From Patescibacteria group bacterium (GTDB taxonomy: Bacteria; Patescibacteriota; Saccharimonadia; Saccharimonadales; CAYUUR01), in NCBI GenBank assembly GCA_052034685.1, contig JBPOIH010000007.1, positions 79,249-138,851 on the forward strand: 59,603 bases of DNA. Reading direction: 5' to 3'. The position numbers were made by a program, and so were the translations under genes. This document shows, one piece after another, positions 55,719-59,603 of this stretch. Each line of letters opens with the position of its first letter. The first letter of the stretch is position 1. The notes below the pieces were generated by a model that was given only the letters and a program-made list of their open reading frames with translations, was not told the DNA's origin and made no database searches.

Positions 55719-56084
55719 TTACTGTGCACTAGGTGTAGTACTAGAGGCATCTTCGAGTTGTTTCTCGAGATCGGCAATTTCTGCTGCTTGTTGGTCGACT
55801 TCTTTTTTAAGCTCAGCATTCTCTGCCTGTAAACTCGCAGCATTTTGCTGCCCCTCTTGGACTTCGTTGCCGGCCACAGCTTTTGCCTCACTCAAATCTT
55901 GTTCAAGCTCATTTACTTGTTGTTTCAGTTCTTTTTCTGCTTCACTAGTAGCAACGTTCGTTCCGTACGTATAGCCACCAAACCCACCCAATAACACTGC
56001 AATAATAACAAGCAGTATGCACACTGAACGACTGACTGTCTTCTTTTTCTTCGCGCCCGTACTATTTTCACTGTAATCCGTCAT
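55719..56084 (-). CDS. Membrane-anchored coiled-coil protein (hypothetical)
   Basis: N-terminal TM helix followed by a heptad-rich E/Q/K region. Confidence 0.55.
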   Translation of the reverse strand: MTDYSENSTGAKKKKTVSRSVCILLVIIAVLLGGFGGYTYGTNVATSEAEKELKQQVNELEQDLSEAKAVAGNEVQEGQQNAASLQAENAELKKEVDQQAAEIADLEKQLEDASSTTPSAQ

Positions 56085-56157
56085 TTCATATCCTCATTAA
56101 AGTTACACTTCTATTGTATTTGTTTTTGCTTCTATAATAAACACCTGTAATCATTCG

Positions 56158-56179
56158 TGGCTGGGATGGAGGGATTCGA
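56158..56179 (-). repeat. Exact 22-nt copy of the tRNA-Gln 3' end (att-like direct repeat)
   Basis: TGGCTGGGATGGAGGGATTCGA is identical to 59482-59503. The adjacent bases cannot complete a T-stem, so there is no tRNA body here. Confidence 0.85.
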
Positions 56180-56427
56180 CCTGCTTTCAGCAGGCCCGAA
56201 ACAACTTCTTTCAAAACCAGTTTTGAAGAGTTGATTTCCTTGCAGATTGCCATCAGGCAATCTTCACCCCGATCTTTTCTGGCGTTCGAACCGCAAACAT
56301 AGAAAAAGGTCTGTCAACAAGTCTAAAGACTCATTGTCAAACCTTTGGCTGGGGTTAAAGGACGATGTTCGAACTTTTACAGGGGTGAGTTTGCCTATTT
56401 GTGAAAAACGATTAGGAGACAATGAAA

Positions 56428-56982
56428 CTAGGAGTTCTCAACAATGTATTTAACTGCATCAAATAGCTTTGGAGCTGTGAATAAAGCGTTAGCAGAATCT
56501 ACATTTTCATTCGCTGTCTTAACAAGTATGCCACCCTTACAGCCAGCATTAATCGCTGCATCAATATCTGATTGGTTGTCACCAGCCATATATATCTGTG
56601 ACAGGTCTAAGTTAAATTCTTCTGCTGCTTGCAATAGCATTTTTGGACCTGGTTTGCGCCAGTCTGTGTTATCATCACGCTTCATTTCGCCATTCACGTA
56701 TGTTTTAAGCACATTAACTCCACTAGCAGATAAGCGCCTTAACACCTCTTCATGTATGCGCCAAAATTCTTCTTCGGTCAATCTGCCTTCTTCGATACCA
56801 GCTTGGTTGGTAATGTATATAACTGAAAAGTCGTTTTCTGCAAGATACTTAAGTGAAGAGATAGAATCGTCAAATAATTCAATTTTTTCTATTTTGTCCA
56901 CGCGTAAATCTGGTGGATCGACAATCACAGTTCCGTCTCTGTCCAATAATGCTACTTTCATAAGTGTTACATTACCATACAT
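56428..56982 (-). CDS. HAD-IIIA phosphatase (GmhB / histidinol-phosphatase-like)
   Basis: ALLDRDGTVI, YITNQAGI, WRKPGPKML and AGDNQSDIDAAINAG motifs. An alternative start is ATG 56961. Confidence 0.7.
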   Translation of the reverse strand: MYGNVTLMKVALLDRDGTVIVDPPDLRVDKIEKIELFDDSISSLKYLAENDFSVIYITNQAGIEEGRLTEEEFWRIHEEVLRRLSASGVNVLKTYVNGEMKRDDNTDWRKPGPKMLLQAAEEFNLDLSQIYMAGDNQSDIDAAINAGCKGGILVKTANENVDSANALFTAPKLFDAVKYIVENS

Positions 56983-57147
56983 TGCAGATTTAAGTCACAA
57001 TATTATACATAAGCATTATGAATAATGTGCAATATTATGGCTGCCCCTAATGGATGGAATTCGAACTTCTTACGTAGAATCATATTAGTATGAATTGTAT
57101 GAACTATATGATAGTATAAGACTAATGACTAATACAGGAGATATGAA

Positions 57148-57366
57148 ATGGATATGCCACGATTAATTGGTTCGGTAACTGTGGGTGAGCGTGGGCAGGT
57201 AGTAATACCCTCTGATGCAAGAGAATTAATGTCTATTAATGCAGGTGACAAACTTCTTGTATTTAAGGCGCCGGTAGACGGCGTACTGATTATTGCCAAA
57301 CCGGAAACTTTCGAAAAACTGCTCGCCCATCTGGAACTAAACTTACCAAAAAAGAAAGAGTCGTAA
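57148..57366 (+). CDS. AbrB/MazE/SpoVT-family DNA-binding domain protein
   Basis: VTVGERGQVVIPSDARELMSINAGDKLLVF is a SpoVT-AbrB swapped-hairpin motif. AGGAG lies upstream. Its stop is 2 nt before the ABC ATPase start. Confidence 0.7.
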   Translation: MDMPRLIGSVTVGERGQVVIPSDARELMSINAGDKLLVFKAPVDGVLIIAKPETFEKLLAHLELNLPKKKES

Positions 57367-57368
57367 TC

Positions 57369-58049
57369 ATGCATAAAGTTATCGATATAAAAAACCTACA
57401 AAAAACTTACAACGCTAGCGGCAAAAATCCGACTACCGCGCTAAGTGGAATAAATTTTGTTGTTAACGAAGGCGATTTTGTAGCAATTATGGGTCGTTCA
57501 GGCTCGGGTAAGTCCAGTTTAATGCATGTTATTGGTTTGCTCGATCAACACTTTGAGGGTGATTATTTATTGAACGGGGTTTCAGTTCGAGAGCTCAGTC
57601 AAAGCAAGCTTTCGGATCTAAGAAGTTTAGAGATTGGCTTTGTCTTTCAGCAGTTTAATCTTCTAAAGCGTCGTACAGTTTTGCAGAATGTAATGCTGCC
57701 TACGGTTTATAGACCGGCATCAGATGATATTGAACGAGCAAAAGAAGCTATCAAACGAGTTGGATTAGAAAGTCGTATTAACCACCGTACTAATGAGTTA
57801 TCAGGCGGACAAATACAGCGCGTTGCCATAGCGCGTGCATTAATGATGAAACCTAGCTTATTACTAGCAGACGAACCTACAGGTAACCTAGACACTAAAA
57901 GTGCAAACAGTATCATGCAGCTTTTTCGTGAAGTAAATCAGCAAGGTACGACAATCGTACTTATTACGCACGAAGAAGACATTGCTAAATATGCTGACCG
58001 CACTATACGAATACGTGATGGCAAAATTACCGAGGAGGCATCAAAATGA
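57369..58049 (+). CDS. MacB/LolD-type ABC ATPase (second copy)
   Basis: [17 protein letters not shown] and [11 protein letters not shown] motifs. Confidence 0.9.
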   Translation: MHKVIDIKNLQKTYNASGKNPTTALSGINFVVNEGDFVAIMGRSGSGKSSLMHVIGLLDQHFEGDYLLNGVSVRELSQSKLSDLRSLEIGFVFQQFNLLKRRTVLQNVMLPTVYRPASDDIERAKEAIKRVGLESRINHRTNELSGGQIQRVAIARALMMKPSLLLADEPTGNLDTKSANSIMQLFREVNQQGTTIVLITHEEDIAKYADRTIRIRDGKITEEASK

Positions 58050-59326
58050 AAATCAGTAATCTTCTAACTGAAGCTAGCGAATCAATAATAATCAACAAAG
58101 GACGTAGTCTGCTGACCGTTCTAGGCATCGTAATAGGCATAGCGGCAGTTACAACAATAATGGGCCTAGGCGCTGGAATGGACGCAAAAATTGATAAAGA
58201 AGTGAATAAACTTGGTTCAACAAATGTGACAATTGAGTCACGCAACGCTCCAACCACTCAAGAGCTTGAAGAACTAAAAAACCCTGAACACAGAGCACCT
58301 GAAGGTGCACCAGAAAACCAGAAAAGCATAAGTACGCTCGTTGAACCGACCCTAACAGAACAAGATTTAAATTCAATAAAAGCTATCGACCAGAATCTCG
58401 TTACTGGTGTTTCGCCACTCGTAGCTACAACGGCAAAACTACAGTCAGGTGTTGGTGGCACTATTGCAGTGCAAGGTGTATCAGAGTCATATAGCAATAT
58501 TCGTAATTACGAACTTGAGTCTGGCGCCTTTTTTGACCGTGAAAGTATTACAGAGAAAAAACTGGTTATCGTACTAGGAAAAAGCATAGCAAACGATATT
58601 TTCAAAGATGTCGACCCAATAGGTAAACAGGTCAATCTTAATAATACTGACTATACAGTCGTTGGTGCGCTTGCCGAAACTGAGCCAGGTCAGTTTGATA
58701 ATCCAAATGTTCTTGTATATGTACCCTACACAAGTATCATTGAGCAGAATAAACTAAGTCAAAATTTTGGCTCAATAATTACTCAAGCAATTGATGATGA
58801 ATCTGTAGAAGAGGTCAAAACACTTGTTGAAGAAATCCTATTAGCTAACCATGGCTACAGCAATACTGACGAGGCTGATTTTACAGTCAAGAGCTCTGCT
58901 GAAGTGCTAGGATCCATTACTGATTTGACTGATTTGTTTCGTAAGATTCTAATGATAAGCGCTGCAATTTCATTACTAGTAGGCGGTATTGGCATCATGA
59001 ACATCATGCTAGTCAGCGTGACCGAGCGCACCCGCGAGATAGGACTCCGGAAGGCTGTAGGTGCAAAAACACGCCATATTATGATGCAGTTTCTCACTGA
59101 AGCCATCGTATTAACAATTCTCGGTGGGATACTTGGTATAGTGTTAGGTTACATAATGGCAACTGGTCTAACGAAAGCCATGGACTTGGACATCGTTCCG
59201 TCTATGACTATTGAGACAATTGCTGTTACGGCTGGTATTTCAATCGCCGTTGGATTGATATTTGGTACATACCCCGCTCATAAGGCTGCCAAACTTGACC
59301 CAATTGACGCCCTTCGTTACGAATAA
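58046..59326 (+). CDS. MacB/FtsX-type ABC permease (second copy)
   Basis: Same architecture as 20380..21669 and the same C-terminus, ERTREIGLRKAVG...LDPIDALRYE. 4-nt overlap with the ATPase gene. Confidence 0.85.
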   Translation: MKISNLLTEASESIIINKGRSLLTVLGIVIGIAAVTTIMGLGAGMDAKIDKEVNKLGSTNVTIESRNAPTTQELEELKNPEHRAPEGAPENQKSISTLVEPTLTEQDLNSIKAIDQNLVTGVSPLVATTAKLQSGVGGTIAVQGVSESYSNIRNYELESGAFFDRESITEKKLVIVLGKSIANDIFKDVDPIGKQVNLNNTDYTVVGALAETEPGQFDNPNVLVYVPYTSIIEQNKLSQNFGSIITQAIDDESVEEVKTLVEEILLANHGYSNTDEADFTVKSSAEVLGSITDLTDLFRKILMISAAISLLVGGIGIMNIMLVSVTERTREIGLRKAVGAKTRHIMMQFLTEAIVLTILGGILGIVLGYIMATGLTKAMDLDIVPSMTIETIAVTAGISIAVGLIFGTYPAHKAAKLDPIDALRYE

Positions 59327-59481
59327 GCAAAGACTAATTTTAGTTAAAGAAGTAAAAATAATTAATGGGAGATAGGATTCGAACTATTTAACAGATTAGA
59401 ATAATTAATATTTCAAAAATATAGAATTAAAAATTCACAACAACAGGGGTCAAAGTTTGAACAGTATAGTTAAATTTCACT

Positions 59482-59555
59482 TGGCTGGGATGGAGGGATT
59501 CGAACCCCCGATCACGGGACCAGAACCCGGTGCCTTACCACTTGGCCACATCCCA
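59482..59555 (-). tRNA. tRNA-Gln (anticodon CUG), CCA encoded
   Basis: The reverse complement folds as TGGGATG-TG-GCCAAGTGGTAAGGC-A-CCGGG-TTCTGGT-CCCGT-GATC-GGGGG-TTCGAAT-CCCTC-CATCCCA-G-CCA. It is collinear with E. coli tRNA-Gln (U1-A72 pair, G73). There is one C-U mismatch at 27:43. Confidence 0.85.
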
Positions 59556-59603
59556 TTACTGGATTAGAACACGGGAATTATAGCGCAGAATTTGTGTTTT
59601 GTC

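Larger units (their letters stand above)
56158..59503. mobile_element. Candidate integrated-element remnant bounded by tRNA-Gln 3'-end direct repeats
   Basis: 22-nt direct repeats at both ends. Interior lines I hand-counted are 32-42% GC, against about 50% outside. The cargo is accessory-type. No integrase ORF is present inside. Confidence 0.4.

Noticed and set aside
56158-56400. Possible tmRNA (ssrA). The plus strand reads GGCTGGGATGGAGGGATTCGAC, resembling the tmRNA 5' GGAUUCGAC motif, and the region is highly structured.
   Set aside because: The match is just the reverse complement of the tRNA-Gln T-loop and acceptor end. There is no G3:U70 alanine-identity acceptor, no partner strand to close an acceptor stem, no tag ORF ending in a hydrophobic ...AA stop, and the region is too short.
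57038-57125. Possible complete tRNA on the minus strand around the TGGCTGCCC...GAATTCGAAC fragment.
   Set aside because: No complementary 5' acceptor strand, D-arm or anticodon arm can be drawn. It is only a 3'-end-like fragment.

Overview
Gene-dense (~90% coding) 59.6-kb chromosomal segment, mostly minus-strand, about 50% GC by hand counts of sample lines. No rRNA and no CRISPR array. One intact tRNA, tRNA-Gln(CUG), sits at the right edge. The content fits a reduced-genome Patescibacteria/CPR (Saccharibacteria-like) bacterium. This is inference from a split transketolase, a compact gap-rpiB-rpe-tkt-fba-pfkB sugar-phosphate cluster, many membrane-anchored orphans and almost no biosynthetic genes. 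Recognisable core genes: pheST, metK behind a SAM-I riboswitch, trxB plus a glutaredoxin-like protein, ppa, an FKBP isomerase, yajQ, rmuC plus a GIY-YIG nuclease, a ZIP transporter with a divergent Fur/Zur regulator, a PAP2 phosphatase, plsC, an MsbA-type exporter, a MacB-type ABC pair, yhhQ, NDH-2 plus VKOR, two tandem GH63-like hydrolases, and an FNR-like reductase plus cytochrome b5 pair. Main leads: (1) a lower-GC islet at about 44.5-47.1 kb carries an overlapping two-gene cassette whose 456-aa protein ends in a PD-(D/E)xK-like nuclease module, a candidate undescribed defence or conflict system. (2) An exact 22-nt duplication of the tRNA-Gln 3' end (56158 and 59482) brackets an AT-rich 3.3-kb cassette (HAD phosphatase, AbrB-domain protein, second MacB-type ABC pair), with further degenerate tRNA-3'-end fragments nearby. 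(3) A full-length DAGK-family lipid kinase frame has no ATG/GTG/TTG start; an ATC follows a good Shine-Dalgarno (SD) sequence. (4) An SGNH-like hydrolase frame is interrupted by an in-frame TAA. (5) A 724-aa acidic orphan forms an operon with a 208-aa orphan. All family calls come from reading motifs in the translations; no database search was possible.
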